Source of the DNA: Okamejei kenojei
Taxonomy: Eukaryota
DNA: 64,000 nucleotides
Assembly: GCA_035221665.1 (NCBI GenBank)
Contig: CM069160.1
Span: 31,372,001 to 31,436,000 of the forward strand
Reading direction: 5' to 3'
The translations under genes were made by a program, and so were the position numbers. Each line of letters begins with the position of its first letter. The stretch's first letter is position 1. The notes under the pieces were generated by a model, which was not told the origin of the DNA, searched no databases, and worked only from the letters and a program-made list of their open reading frames with translations. Positions 36,621 to 50,181 of the stretch are shown one piece after another.

Positions 36621-38617
36621 CCTCTGAAGAAAGCGAATGGCATGTTGCTCTTCATAACAAGAGGAGTTGAGTACAGGAGCAAAGAGGTCCTTCTGCAGTT
36701 GCACAGGGACCTAGTGAGACCACAACTGGAGTATTGTGTGCAGTTTTGGTCCCCTAATTTGAGGAAGGACATTCTTGCTATTGAAGGAGTGCAGCGTAGG
36801 TTTACAAGGTTAATTCCCGGGATGGCGGGACTGTCATATGCTGAGAGAATGGAGCGTCTGAGCTTGGACACTCTGTAATTTAGAGGAATGAGAGAGGATC
36901 TTATTGAAACTTATAAGATCATTAAGGGTTTGGACACGCTAGAGGCAGGAAACATGTTCCCGATGTTGGGGGAGTCCAGAACCAGGGGCTGCAGTTTAAG
37001 AATAAAGGGTAAGCCATTTAGTTCGGAGAAGAGGAAACATTTTTTCAGTTGTGAGTGTGGAATTCTCTGCCGGTGGAGGCCGGTTCTCTGGATACTTTCA
37101 AGAGAGAGCTAGATAGGGCTCTTAAAGATAGCGGAGTCAGGGGATATGGTGAGAAGGCAGGAACCGGGTACTGATTGGGGATGATCAGCCATGATCACAT
37201 TGAATGGTGGTGCTGGCTCGAAGGGCCGAATGGCCTACTCCTGCACCTATTGTCTATTGTCTATTGTCTATTGTCTATTTGGCTTGAGTAGCTTACAACC
37301 CAGTGGCCTGATAATTGATTTCTCTCATTTCCAGTAAACACTGCAATCCCTCTCTCTCCACGCATCTCGACCCTTGTTGTCCTGCCAGTTCCATTGTTCT
37401 CATCCATAGATCTTTTCTTCATCACCTCTCCCAGTGCCACTGTTGGCTCCCCCTTTCCTCAGTCACCAGGGCCGGCTCTGATTTGTTTTAAACGTTTTAA
37501 TACCTCTAGTTTCCCTCCCCCACCCCCCCCACCCCCCCCCCCCCCCCCCCCCCCCCACTCCCTCCCGACTCTCACTCTGAAGAAAGATTTCAGCCGGAAA
37601 CGTCACCTATTCCTCCCACCCAGAGATGTTGCCTGGCCCGTTGAGTTACTCCAGCATTTTGTGTCCATCTTGAACTTGTAGGTTAATGGGCTTCTGTAGG
37701 TCGGGTAGAACTAGTGCAGGAGTGATCGTTGGTTGGGACGGACCCGGTGGGTCGAAGGGCCTGTTTCCGATGTTGGGGGAGTCCAGAATGTTGCCGATGT
37801 TGGGGGAGTCCAGAACCAGGGGCCACTTAAGAATCAGGGGTAAGCCACTAAGAACGGAGACGAGGAAACACTTTTTCTCACAGAGAGTTGTGACTCTGTG
37901 AGAATGAATTCTCTGCCTCAGTGGGCGGTGGAGGCCGGTTCTCTGGATGCTTTCAAGAGAGAGCTAGATAGGGCTCTTAAAAATAGCAGAGTCAGGGATA
38001 TGGGGAGAAGGCAAGAACGGCGTACTGATTGGGGATGATCAGCCGTGATCACATTGAATGGCGGTGCTGGCTCGAAGGGCCGAATGGCCTCCTCCTGCAC
38101 CTATTGTCTATTGTCTATTGTCTATTTCCATGCTGTATCTAGATTTGAACTATTTTTTAAAATCAAAAATATTTACACAAATATTAAAATAATATATACA
38201 GTACAGTGAAAAGAACCCAGAACCCACCACCATAATACGACAAACGATAAACTATTATACAACTATCTTAAGAAGGAACTGCAGGTGCCGGAAAAATCGA
38301 AGGTAGATAAAAATGCTGGAGAAACTCAGCGGGCGAGGCAGCATCTATGGAGCGAAGGAAATAGTACGTCACCTATTCCTTGCCTACATAGATGCTGCCT
38401 CACCCGCTGAGTTCCTCCAGCATTTTTATCTACATACAACTATGTTACGCTCCTTGTCAAGGATGTGCGGTGCCCAGCGGTCCCAGAAATCCCGCAGGGC
38501 TCTTCCGTGGACTGCGCGTAGTCCCTTTCTAACACCACCCGGGCGCGGACGTAACCTCGGAAAAGGGGCAGGCAGCCCTCTTCCGCCTGGCGCGGTGACT
38601 CGCGGAAATGGCCAGCT

Positions 38618-40905
38618 GGGCCAGGCCCAGGAGCAACCCAACCAGGACATCTTCGGCCCTGCTACCCTCTCCCATTTCGCACAGGGTGTCCAGAGATGAG
38701 GATGGCGGGTGAGAAATGCAGCCAGAAGGCAAGGAGCAGCCCCTTTTGCTTAATGGAACAGGGGCCAAATTTGAACTCTTGGCGCAGAAATTAGCATTAA
38801 CTAACTGAGCTCTGCCTCGGAGGGCGGTGGAGGCAGGTTCTCTGGATGCTTTCAAGAGAGAGCTAGATAGAGCTCTTAAAAATAGGGCGATATGGGGAGA
38901 AGGCGGGAGCGGGACACGGATTGGCAATGATCAGCCATGATCACATTGAATGGCGGTGCTGACTCAAAGGGCTGAATGGCCTCCTCCTGCACCTATTGTC
39001 TAATGTCTAAGTATGTCATCAACAGCTTCCTTCCCTTTCTTAAACAAATGTTCAACTCCTTGCATTTTAATTGAAATTGTGAAGGGGTTGAGCCATCGAA
39101 GGATTGACACATCCTATTGACTCACTTCTGACATCAATGTGTGTGGAGCTTACTAACAACCACTTTGTTGCCACTCACAGGCTGATGCAAGGTGAGGGGA
39201 ATGAATTTCCGCCACCTCCCATGGCTATTAGCTCCTCCATTTCCAGCTGCTCACTCATCATCAATTACCATGGCCCCGCCATTATTTCTCTCTGGAATAA
39301 GGAAAGGCTGAGCAGGCGAAGCTTCAATTCCTTATATTAATTTAAATCAAAAATATTTATTAAAATATTGAAATAATGTTTACAATACAATAAAACAAAA
39401 TCTAGACAGTGTTGTGGACATCACCCATCCTTCTAAACTCCAGCGAGTTCAGGCCCAGTGCCGTCAAACATTCAATGTTTCATGTTGAAGCCTCATTGTC
39501 AGGAACTAGGGAGAAGGATAAAGCAGTTAGAAACATAGACAATAGGAGCAGGAGTCGGCCATGTCGCCCTTTGACCTCGCACCGCCATTCAATATGATCA
39601 TGGCTGATCATCTAAAATCAGTGCCCCATCTCTGCTTTTTCCCCATATCCCTTGACTCTTTTCATCATATATCTAACTCTCTCTTAAAAACATCCAGTGA
39701 ATTGGCCTCCGCTGCCTTCTGTGGCAGATAATTCCACAAATTCACAATTGTCTGGGTGAGAAAGTGTTTTCCCTTCTTAGTCCTAGATGGCCTACCCCTT
39801 ATTCTTAAACTGTGACCCCTGGTTCTGGACTCCCCCAACATCGGAAACATTTTTCCTGCATCTTGCCTGTCCAATCCTTTACGAATGTTATATGTCAATA
39901 TAACAATATATTGTTAGATTATCCTTTAGATGACAATAAAGAATAATCTAATCTAATCTAATCTAATGTGTCTATGAGATATCCTCTCATCCTTCTAAAT
40001 TCCAGCGAATGTGCAATATTGGGGAACTGCTGAACAGGAAGGCTTGTCTTGTGGTTTGCCTCGTTCTGTTACTCCCGTCACACAATGCTCGTCACACAGC
40101 TACGGGCGACAGCTCTCATCGACGAGCCATCGATGAAAAGACGATAAACTTATCCTGTATCAAATACCCAAAATCGACATGAAAGCAAAACCTTTTTTTT
40201 TCCCTCCATCGTGCAAAGACTTCAGGGCATAGCATTAAGATGAGAATGGCAAAGTTCAATGGAGATATGCAGGTCAATAGACAATAGACAATAGGTGCAT
40301 GGAGTAGGCCATTCAGCCCTTCGAGTCAGCACCGCCATTCAATGTGATCATGGCTGATCATCCCCAATCAGTACCCCATTCCTGCCTTCTCCCCATATCC
40401 CCTGACTCCGCTATCTTTCAGAGCCCTATTGAGCTCTCTCTTGAAAGTATCCAGAGAACCGGCCTCCACCTGAGGCAGAGAATTCCACACTCACAACTCT
40501 CCATGAGAAAAAGTGTTTCCTCGTCTCCGTTCTAAATGGCTTACCCCTTATTCTTAAACTGTGTGTGGCCCCTGTGTCTGGACTCCCCCAACATTGGGAA
40601 CATGTTTCCTACCATTAGCATGTCAAAACCCTTAATAACCTTATATGTTTCAATGTGAACCCCTCTCATCCTTCTAAACTCCAGAGTGTACAAGCCCAGC
40701 CGCTCCATCCTCTCAGCATATCACAGTCCCGCCTTCCCGGGAATTAACCTTGTAAACCTACGCTGCACTCCCTCAATAGCAAGAATGTCCTTCCTCAAAT
40801 TAGGGGACCAAAACTGCCCACAATACTCCAGGTGTGGTCTCACTAGGGCTCTGTACAACTGCAGAAAGACCTCTTTGCTCCTATACTCAACTCCTCTTGT
40901 TTTAA
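38618..40905 (+). repeat. Left arm of ~2.3-kb inverted duplication
   Basis: Reverse complement of about 41530-43752, including non-repeat DNA. ORFs 39104(+) and 43033(-) translate almost identically. Confidence 0.9.
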
Positions 40906-41282
40906 ATCAGACACGATTGAATGGCGGAGCAGACCTGATGGGCTCAATTGCCTCATTCTGGACTTGTGCCAATTAACCTTCCAACTTGTTCATCTTTGGA
41001 GTGCGGGAAGAAACTGGTACATCCGGAGAAAATGCAGATCATGGGGAGAAACTCCGTACAAGCAGCACCCGCAGTGGGGATCGAACTTTTTGCGGCCCGA
41101 TCGTAAGAGAATCAAAGATAGACGTAAAAAGCTGGAGTAATTCAGCGGGTCAGGCAGCATCTCTGGGGAGAAGGAATAGGCGACGTTTCAGGTCCGCATT
41201 AAGGAAACTAGAAGTATAGGGAACTAAACAGGTTAATTGACAATATATTACAGGCACACACCACCCTCAATTAAAAATTGCT

Positions 41283-42172
41283 ATGAGAATGCAGGGTATC
41301 TTGGACAGGTTGGGGGAGTGGGCAGATGCAAGGCAGATGCTGTTTAATGTGGATAAATGTGAGGTTATACACATTGGCAGCAAAAACTGGAAGGCAGATT
41401 ATTATCTAAATGGCGTCAAGTTGGGAAAAGGGGAAGTACAATGGGATCTGGGGGTCCTTGTACATCAGTCAATGCAAGTAAGCATGCATGTACAGCAGGC
41501 AGTGAAGAAAGCCAATGGCATGTTGGCCTTTATAACAAGAGGAGTTGAGTATAGGAGCAAAGAGGTCCTTCTGCAGTTGGACAGGGCCCTAGTGAGACCA
41601 CACCTGGAGTATTGTGTGCAGTTTTGGTCCCCTAATTTGAGGAAGGACATTCTTGCTATTGAGGGAGTGCAGCGTAGGTTTACAAGGTTAATTCCTGGGA
41701 TGGCGGAACTGTCATATGCTGAGAGGATGGAGCAGCTGGGCTTGTACACTCTGGAGTTTAGAAGGATGAGAGGAGATCTTATTGAAACATATAAGGTTAT
41801 TAAAGGTTTGAACACGCTAGAGGCAGGAAACATGTTCCCGGTGTTGGGGGAGTCCAGAACCAGGGGCCACACACAGTTTAAGAATAAGGGATAAGCCATT
41901 TAAAACGGAGATGAGGAAACACATTTTCTCAGAGAGAGTTGTGAATCTGTGGAATTCTCTGCCTCAGAGGGCGGTGGAGGCCGGTTCTCTGGATACTTTC
42001 AAGAGAGAGCTAGATAGGGCTCTTAAAGATAGCGGAGTCAGGGGATATGGGGAGAAGGCAGGAACGGGGTACTGATTGGGGATGATCAACCATGATCACA
42101 TTGAATGGCGGTGCTGGCTCGAAGGGCCGAGTGGCCTCCTCCTGCACCTATTGTCTATTGTCTATTGTCTAT
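41283..42172 (+). mobile_element. Longest local CR1-type LINE fragment
   Basis: 203-aa ORF LDRLGEWA...FNVDKCEVIH...LEYCVQFWSP... plus 3'UTR tail. Confidence 0.92.
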
Positions 42173-43752
42173 TGACCTGCATATCTCCATTGAACGTTGT
42201 CATTCTCATGTTAATGCAATGCCCTGAAATCTTTGCGCGTTGGAGGCAAAAACAAAGGTTTTGCTTTCTTGTTGATTTGGGGGATTTGATACAGGAAAGG
42301 TTTACAGTCTTTTCGTCAATGACTCGTCGATGAGAGCTGTCGCCCGCAACTGTGTGACGAGCATTGTGTGACGGGAGTAACAGAACGAGGCAAACCGCAA
42401 GACAAGCCTTCCTGTTCAGCAGTTCCCCAATATTGCACATTCGCTGGAATTTAGAAGGATGAGAGGATATCTCATAGAAACCTATAAAATTCGTAAAGGA
42501 TTGGACAGGCGAGATGCAGGAAAAATGTTCCCGATGTTGGGGGAGTCCAGAACCAGGGGTCACAGTTTAAGACTAAGTGGTAGGCCATCTAGGACTAAGA
42601 AGGGAAAACACTTTTTCACCCAGACAATTGTGAATCTGTGGAATTATCTGCCACAGAAGGCAGCGGAGGCCAATTCACTGGATGTTTTTAAGAGAGAGTT
42701 AGATATATGATGAAAAGAGTCAAGGGATATGGGGAAAAAGCAGAGATGGGGCACTGATTTTAGATGATCAGCCATGATCATATTGAATGGCGGTGCGAGG
42801 TCAAAGGGCGACATGGCCGACTCCTGCTCCTATTGTCTATGTTTCTAACTGCTTATCCTTCTCCCTTGTTCTGACAATGAGGCTTCAACATGAAACATTG
42901 AATGTTTGACGGCACTGGGCCTGAACTCGCTGGAGTTTAGAGCGATGGGTGATGTCCACAACACTGCCTAGGTTTTGTTTTATTGTATTGTAAACATTAT
43001 TTCAATATTTTAATAAATATTTTTGATTTAAATTAATATAAGGAATTGAAGCTTCGCCTGCTCAGCCTTTCCTTATTCCAGAGAGAAATAATGGCGGGGC
43101 AATGGAAATTGATGATGAGTGAGCAGCTGGAAATGGAGGAGCTAATAGCCATGGGAGGTGGAGGAAATTCATTCCCCTCACCTTGCATCAGCCTGTGAGT
43201 GGCAACAAAGTGGTTGTTAGTAAGCTCCACACACATTGATGTCAGAAGTGAGTCAATAGGATGTGTCAATCCTTCGATGGCTCAACCCCTTCACAATTTC
43301 AATTAAAATGCAAGGAGTTGAACATTTGTTTAAGAAAGGGAAGGAAGCTGTTGATGACATACTTAGACAATAGACAATAGTTGCAGGAGGAGGCCATTCG
43401 GCCCTTTGAGCCAGCACCGCCATTCAATGTGATCATGGGTGATCATCGCCAATCCGTGGCCCGTTCCTGCCTTCTCCCCATATCACCCTGTTTTTAAGAG
43501 CTCTATCTAACTCTCTCTTGAAAGCATCCAGAGAACCTGCCTCCACCGCGCTCCGAGGCAGAGCTCAGTTAGTTAATGCAATTTTCTGTGCCAAGAGTTC
43601 AAATTTGGCCATTTTTCCGTTAACTAAAGGGGCTGCTCCTTGCCTTCAGGCTGCATTTCTCACCCGCCATCCTCATCTCTGGACACCCAGTGCGTAGGGG
43701 AGAGGGTAGCAGGGCCGAAGATGTTCTGGTTGGGTTGCTCCTGGGCCTGTCC
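41530..43752 (-). repeat. Right arm of ~2.3-kb inverted duplication
   Basis: Same order of unique blocks and LINE junctions as 38618-40905, inverted. Confidence 0.9.
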
Positions 43753-46059
43753 TTGAGTCATATGGAAATGCTGACATCCAAGGAATCAGTCTGGTGAACC
43801 TTCTCTGCACTCCCTCTATGGCAAGAATGTATTTCCTCAGATTTGGAGACCAAAACTGTACGCAATACTCCAGGTGTGGTCTCACCAAGACCCTGTATAA
43901 CTGCAGTAGAACCTCCCTGCTCCTATACTCACAACCTTTGGCTATCAGGCCTGTATACAAGAACCTGTGGTCCGTGTTTTGTGGACCTGTGCTCTCAACA
44001 CACTCAACACCCAAGTTCGATCCTGACTGCGGGTGCTGCTTGAACGGAGTTTCTCCCCATGATCTGCATTTTCTCCAGATGCACCAGTTTCTTCCCGCAC
44101 TCCAAAGACGTACAGGTTTGCAAGTTAATTGGCATTAGTCCAAAATGAGGCCATTCAGCCCATCAGATCTGCTCCGCCATTCAATCATGTCTGATTTATA
44201 ACAAGAGGAATCAAATATAGGAGCAAATATGTCCTTCTGCAGTTGTACAGAGCCCTAGTGAGACCACACCTGGAGTATTGTGTGCAGTTTTGGTCCCCTA
44301 ATTTGAGGAAGGACATTCTTGCTATTGAGGGAGTGCATCGTAGGTTAACAAGGTCACTTCCCTGGATGGCGGGACTGTCATATGCTGAGAGAATGGAGCA
44401 GCTGGGCTTGTACACTCTGGAGCTTAGAAGGATGACAGGGAATCTCATTGAAACATATAAGATTGTTGACACACTAGAGGCAGGAAATATGTTCCCGATG
44501 TTGGGGTTGTCCAGAACCAGGGGCCACATTTTAAGAATAAGCCATTTAGAACGGAGACGAGGAAACACTTTTTCTCACAGAGAGTGGTGAGTCTGTGGAA
44601 TTCTCTGCCTCAGAGGGCGGTGGAGGCAGGTTCTCTGGATGCTTTCAAGAGAGAGCTCTTAAAAATAGCTGAGTCAGGGGATATGGGGAGAAGGCAGGAA
44701 CGGGATACTAATTGGGAATGATCAGCCATGATCACATTGAATGACGGTGCTGGCTCGAAGGGTAAAGGCCTACTCCTGCACCCACTGTCTATCGTCTATT
44801 GTCTATTGATCTATTGTTCCCTCCAACCCCATTCTTCTGCCTTCTCCCCATAACCCTTGACACTCGTACTAATCAAGAATATGTTATCAATATCCATTGA
44901 TTTGGCCTCCACAACCTTCCCTGTGGCGATCAGCTCCACAACATCTGACCTCAGTGGCCTTCAGACGGCTATGGTCTTGTGGTGGAGTGGAATCTCAATA
45001 CGTGCGCGAGTGAACGGAAGAATGGATCATCTGTCATCCTGATTTTTCTTTCTGAGAATTAGAGCTGGGAGGAGCTCTGGGAAGTGGGGAGCTGGCCAGC
45101 CTGTGTGAGATGATCCAGATATCGCAGGTGTGAGCTCCTCGGGCGTAAGGGACAGGGTCAGGCCTGTGTACAAGAACCTGTGGTCCGTGTTTTGTGGACA
45201 TGTGCTCCAAACACACTCCAAGAATCTACTGGTGATTGCCAAGGTCATCTAAGGTGTTCAGATGCAGGAGATCCCACAAGACTCAAGAGAGTTTATTGTC
45301 ATGTGTCCCAGATAGGACAATGAAATTCTTGCTGGCTGCTGCACAACAGAATATAGTAGGCATAAATACAGATCAGATCATTGTGTCCATATACTGTAGA
45401 ATATATATATACACACATAAATAAACAGATAAAGTGCAATAGGCTGCTATAGTTCAGAGTTTGTTTGAAGTCGTGTTTAATAGCCTGATGTAAGTGGGGA
45501 AGAAGCTGTTCCTGAACCTGGAAGTTGCAGATTTCAGGCTCCTGTACCTTCTTCCTGAAGGCAGCGGGGAGATGAGTGTGGGGCCAGGATGGTGTGGGTC
45601 CTTGATGATGCTGCCAGCCTTTTTGAGGCAGCGACTGCGATAGATCCCCTCGATGGTGGGGAGGTACAGGTGTAGATGTGTGCGGGGTTTTTTTCAATAA
45701 TAATCTTCATCCATGGAATGGTAAAGGAGGCATATGGTATACTCACCTTCATTCATTCTAAGAGTCAGGAAATCATTACGCGATTAGTTATCTTAGTTTT
45801 GTTTAGAGATACAGCATGGAAACAGTCCCGTCGGCCCACCGGGTCCGGGCCGAACTGCGTTCCCCGCTCTCGACCACTATCCTGCGCACACTAGGGACAA
45901 ATTACATTTGTACCAAAGCCACACATGTACGTCTTTGGAGTGCGGGAGCAAACCGGAGCAAGCGGAAAAAACCCACGCAGGTCACGGGGAGAACGTACAA
46001 ACTCCATAGAGACAGCACCCGTAGTCAGGATCAAACCCAGATCTCGGCCGCTGCAAGGA

Positions 46060-49000
46060 TGAGTGGGTGAGTGGGGGGTGGGTGAGGGGGTGGGTGTGGG
46101 GGTGGGTGGGGTGTGAGTGGGTGGTGGGTGGGTGGGTGAGTGGGGGGGGGTGGGTGAGTGGGGGATGGGTGAGGGGGTGGGGGGTGGGTGGGTGAGTGGG
46201 TGAGTGGGGGGGGGGGGGTGAGGGGGTGGGGGGAGGGTGTGAGTGGGGGGTGGGTGGGGGTGAGTGGGTGGTGTGTGAGTGGGGGGTGGGTGGGTGGGGG
46301 GTGAGTGGGGGGTGGGTGAGTGGGGGATGGGTGGACGGGGGGTGGGGTGAAGTGGGGAGTGGGGGGTGGGGTGAGTGGGGGGTGGGGGGAGTGGGTGGGT
46401 GGGTGAGTGGGGGGTGGGGGGGGGGGTGTGGGTGAGTGGGGTGTGAGTGGGGGTGTGGTGAGTGGGGGTGGGGGTGGTGGTGAGTGGGGTGGGGTGTGTG
46501 TTAGTGTGGGTGAGTGGGGTGTGAGGTGGGGGAGGGGGTGGGGGGAGTGGGGGGTGGCGGGGTGAGTGGGGGTTGTGGGTGTGAGTGGGTGAGTGGGGGG
46601 GGGTAGGTGGTGTGGGTGAGTGGGTGTGTGGTGAGTGGGGTGGGTGAGTGGGGGTGGGTGGGTGAGTGGGGGTGGTGGTGGTGGGGGGGGGGTGAGTGGG
46701 TGAGTGGGGGGTGTGAGTGAGTGGGGGTGGGTGAGTGTGGGGTGGTGGGGGTGGGTGAGTGGGGGTGGTGTGGTGGGTGGGGGTGGGTGAGTGGGGGTGG
46801 GTGAGTGGGTGGGTGGGGGGGGTGGGTGAGTGGGGGGTGGGGTGAGTGGGGGGTGGGTGGGGGGTGGGTGAGTGAGTGGGGGTGGGTGAGTGGGTGAGTG
46901 GGGGGTGGGGGTGAGTGGGGGTGGGTGAGTGGGGGAGTGGGGGTGGAGTGGGGGGTGAGTGGGGGGTGTGAGGGGGGTGGGGTGAGTGGGGTGGGTGAGT
47001 GGGGGGTGGGTGAGTGGGGGGTGGGTGGGTGTGGTGAGTGGGGTGTGGGTGGTGGGGGAGTGGGTGAGTGGGGGGTGGGTGAGTGGGGGGTGGGTGGGGG
47101 GTGGGTGAGTGGGGTGTGGGTGGTGGGGGGGAGTGGGGGTGGTGAGTGGGGGTGTGGGTGAGTGGGGGGGTGGGGGTGGGTGGTGAGTGGGGGTGGGTGG
47201 GTGGTGAGTGGGGGTGGGTGAGTGGGTGGGGGTGAGGTGGGTGAGTGGGTGGTGGGTGGTGGGGGGGTGGGTGGGTGGGTGGGTGGGGGAGTGGTGGGTG
47301 AGTGGGTGAGTGGGGTGAGTGGGGGTGGGTGGGTGGGTGAGTGGGGGGGTGGGTGAGTGGGTGAGTGGGGGGTGGGTGGGTGAGTGGGGGGGGTGGGGGG
47401 GTGGGTGAGTGGGGTGGGTGTGTGGGTGTGGGGTGTGGGGTGAGTGGGGGAGTGGGGTGGGTGGGTGGTGGGGGAGTGGGGTGAGTGGGGTGAGTGGGGG
47501 GTGGGTGAGTGGGTGAGTGGGGTGAGTGGGGGTGGGTGGGTGGGTGAGTGGGGGGTGGGTGAGTGGGTGAGTGTGGTGAGTGGGGGTGGGTGGGTGGGTG
47601 AGTGGGGGGTGGGTGAGTGGGTGAGTGGGGGTGGGTGGGTGAGTGGGGGTGGGTGGGTGAGTGGGGGGTGGGTGTGGGGGAGTGGGTGGTGGGTGGAGTG
47701 GGTGGTGGTGGGGGGTGGGGAGTGGGGGGTGGGTGAGTGGGTGAGTGGGGGTGGGGAGTGGGGAGTGGGGAGTGGGGGGTGGGTGAGTGGGGGGTGTGGG
47801 TGAGTGGGGGTGGGTGTGGGTGAGTGGGGGTGGGTGGGTGGGTGAGTGGGGGGTGGGTGAGGGTGAGTGGGTGAGTGGGTGAGTGGGGGTGGGTGGTGGG
47901 TGGGTGAGTGGGGGTGGGTGAGTGGGTGAGTGGGTGAGTGGGGGTGGGTGGGTGGGTGAGTGGGGGGGGTGGTGGGTGAGTGGGTGAGTGGGGGTGGGTG
48001 AGTGGGTGAGTGGGGTGGGGAGTGGGTGAGTGGGTGAGTGGGGGGGTGGGGTGGGTGAGTGGGGGGTGGGTGAGTGGGTGAGTGGGTGGGTGGGTGAGTG
48101 GGAGTGGGGTGAGTGGGGTGTGGGTGGTGGGGGTGGGGGGGGTGAGTGGGGGTGGGTGGGGTGGTGAGTGGGGGTGGGTGGGTGGGTGAGTGGGTGAGTG
48201 GGAGGGTGAGTGGGGGTGGGTGTGGTGGGGGAGTGGGGTGGGTGGGTGAGTGGGGGGTGTGTGGAGTGGGTGAGTGGGGTGGGGGTGGGGGTGGGTGAGT
48301 GGGTGGGTGGGTGAGTGGGGGGTGGGGAGTGGGGGTGGGGGTGGGGTGGTGGGGGGTGGGTGAGTGGTGGTGGGGGTGGGGTGGGTGGGTGAGTGGGGGG
48401 TGGGTGAGTGGGTGGGTGGGTGAGTGGGGTGAGTGGGTGGTGGGTGGGGGTGGGTGAGTGGGTGGTGGGGGTGGGTGAGTGGGTGAGTGGGTGGGGTGGG
48501 TGAGGGTGGGTGAGTGGGTGAGTGGGTGAGTGGGTGGGTGAGTGGGGGGTGGGGGGTGAGTGGGGGGTGGGTGAGTGGGGGGTGGGTGAGTGGGGGGGGT
48601 GGGGAGTGGGTGGGTGAGTGGGTGGGTGGTGGGGTGGGGGGAGTGGGTGAGTGGGTGAGTGGGTGGGTGGGTGGGTGAGTGGGGAGTGGGGGGTGGGTGG
48701 GTGAGTGGGGGGGGTGGGTGGGTGATTGGGTGTGTGAGTGGGTGAGTGGGTGGGGTGGGTGGGTGAGTGGGGGAGTGGGATTGGGTGAGTGGGGGGTTGA
48801 GTGCTTGAGTGGGTGTGAGTGGGTGAGCGGTGTGAGTGAGGTGAGTGGAGTGGTAGGTGGGTGAGTGGTGGGTGGTGGTGGGTGGGTGAGGGGGGTAGGT
48901 GAGTGGGTGAGTGTGGTGAGTGGAGGGTGGGTGAGTGGGGGGTGGGTGAGTGGGGGGTGGGTGAGTGTGGTGAGCGGGGGGTGGGTGAGTGGGGGGGTGG

Positions 49001-49255
49001 GTGAGTGGGTGAGTGGGGTGAGTGGGGTGAGTGGGGGGTGGTGGGGGTGGGTGAGGTGGGTGATGTGGGTGAGTGGGGGGTGGGTGAGTGGGGGGGTGGG
49101 TGAGTGGGGGGTGGGTGAGTGGGGGGTGGGTGAGTGGGGGTGAGTGAGTGGGGGGTGAGTGAGTGGTGGTGAGTGGGTGAGTGGGGGGTGGGTGGGTGGG
49201 GGGTGAGTGGGTGAGTGGGTGAGTGGGGTGAGTGGGTGAGTGGGTGGTGGGTGAT
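46060..49255. repeat. Degenerate (GGGTGAGT/GGGGT)n G-rich satellite
   Basis: About 3.2 kb almost devoid of C on the + strand. Confidence 0.97.
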
Positions 49256-49385
49256 TGGTTAGTTAGTTGGTTAGTGAATTAGTTAGTTAGTAGGTTAATT
49301 GGTTAGTTGGTCAGTTGGATAGTTGGTTAGTTGGTCAGTCAGTCGGTCGGTCAGTTAATAGGTTAGTTGGTTAGTTAGTTATTGG
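49256..49385. repeat. (TTAG/TTGG/TCAG)n tetranucleotide tract
   Basis: Directly visible, abutting the G-rich satellite. Confidence 0.9.
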
Positions 49386-50181
49386 TGTGAGGAATAGATT
49401 GGGTAAACGCCCAGAGTCTCTTGCCCAGAGCAGCGGAATCAAGAATCAAGACATAGGTTTACGGTGAGGGGGGGATAGATATAATAGAAACCTGAGGGGT
49501 AATCTTTTTACACACGGGGTGGTGGGTACATGGAACAAGCTGCCCGAGGAGGTGGTTGAAGCTGGTACAATCGCAACATTTAATAACCATTGAGACTAGG
49601 GTAGGTTCAGAGGAATATGGGCCAAACACAGGCAGGTGGGACCAGTGCAGGTGGGACATGTTGGTCGGTGTGGGCAGGTTGGGACGATGAGCTTGGTTAG
49701 AGCTGTACGACTCTCTAACTCTACAACCATATAATATAACCATATAACAATTACAGCACGGAGACAGGCCCTCTGGGCCCTTCCAGTCCGTGCCGACCAT
49801 TTGTTTTCCCCTCGTCCCATCTACCTGCACTCAGACCATACCCCTCCTATATCCGATGGGGCTTTTTTTCGGGATAGTGAGGAAAGAGCAGGGATTAACC
49901 TGATTGCCACTTCGGGTATGGAAGAGGTTTCATGTTTTATAGATATGCTATTGTCATAAATTCATATTCATAAGCGACAGGATCTGAATTAGGCCCTTCA
50001 GCCCATCAAGTCTACTCCGCCGTTCAATCCTGCCTAATCTATCTCCCCCTCTCAACCCCATTCTCCTGCCGTTGCCCCATAACCCCTGACACCCGTACTA
50101 ATCAAGAATTTATCTTGTGCCTGCCTTAAAAATACCCATTGACTTGGCCTCCACAACCTTCCGCGGCAATGAATCCCACAG

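Noticed and set aside
39104-39340. Duplicated 78-aa ORF (also 43033-43269) as a small protein gene
   Set aside because: Non-ATG start, no recognisable domain, and its duplication is explained by the inverted repeat.
46196-49143. Gly/Trp/Val/Glu-rich ORFs; also an Ig switch-region interpretation
   Set aside because: These are translations of the satellite. The array lacks AGCT motifs and is not upstream of any C exon.
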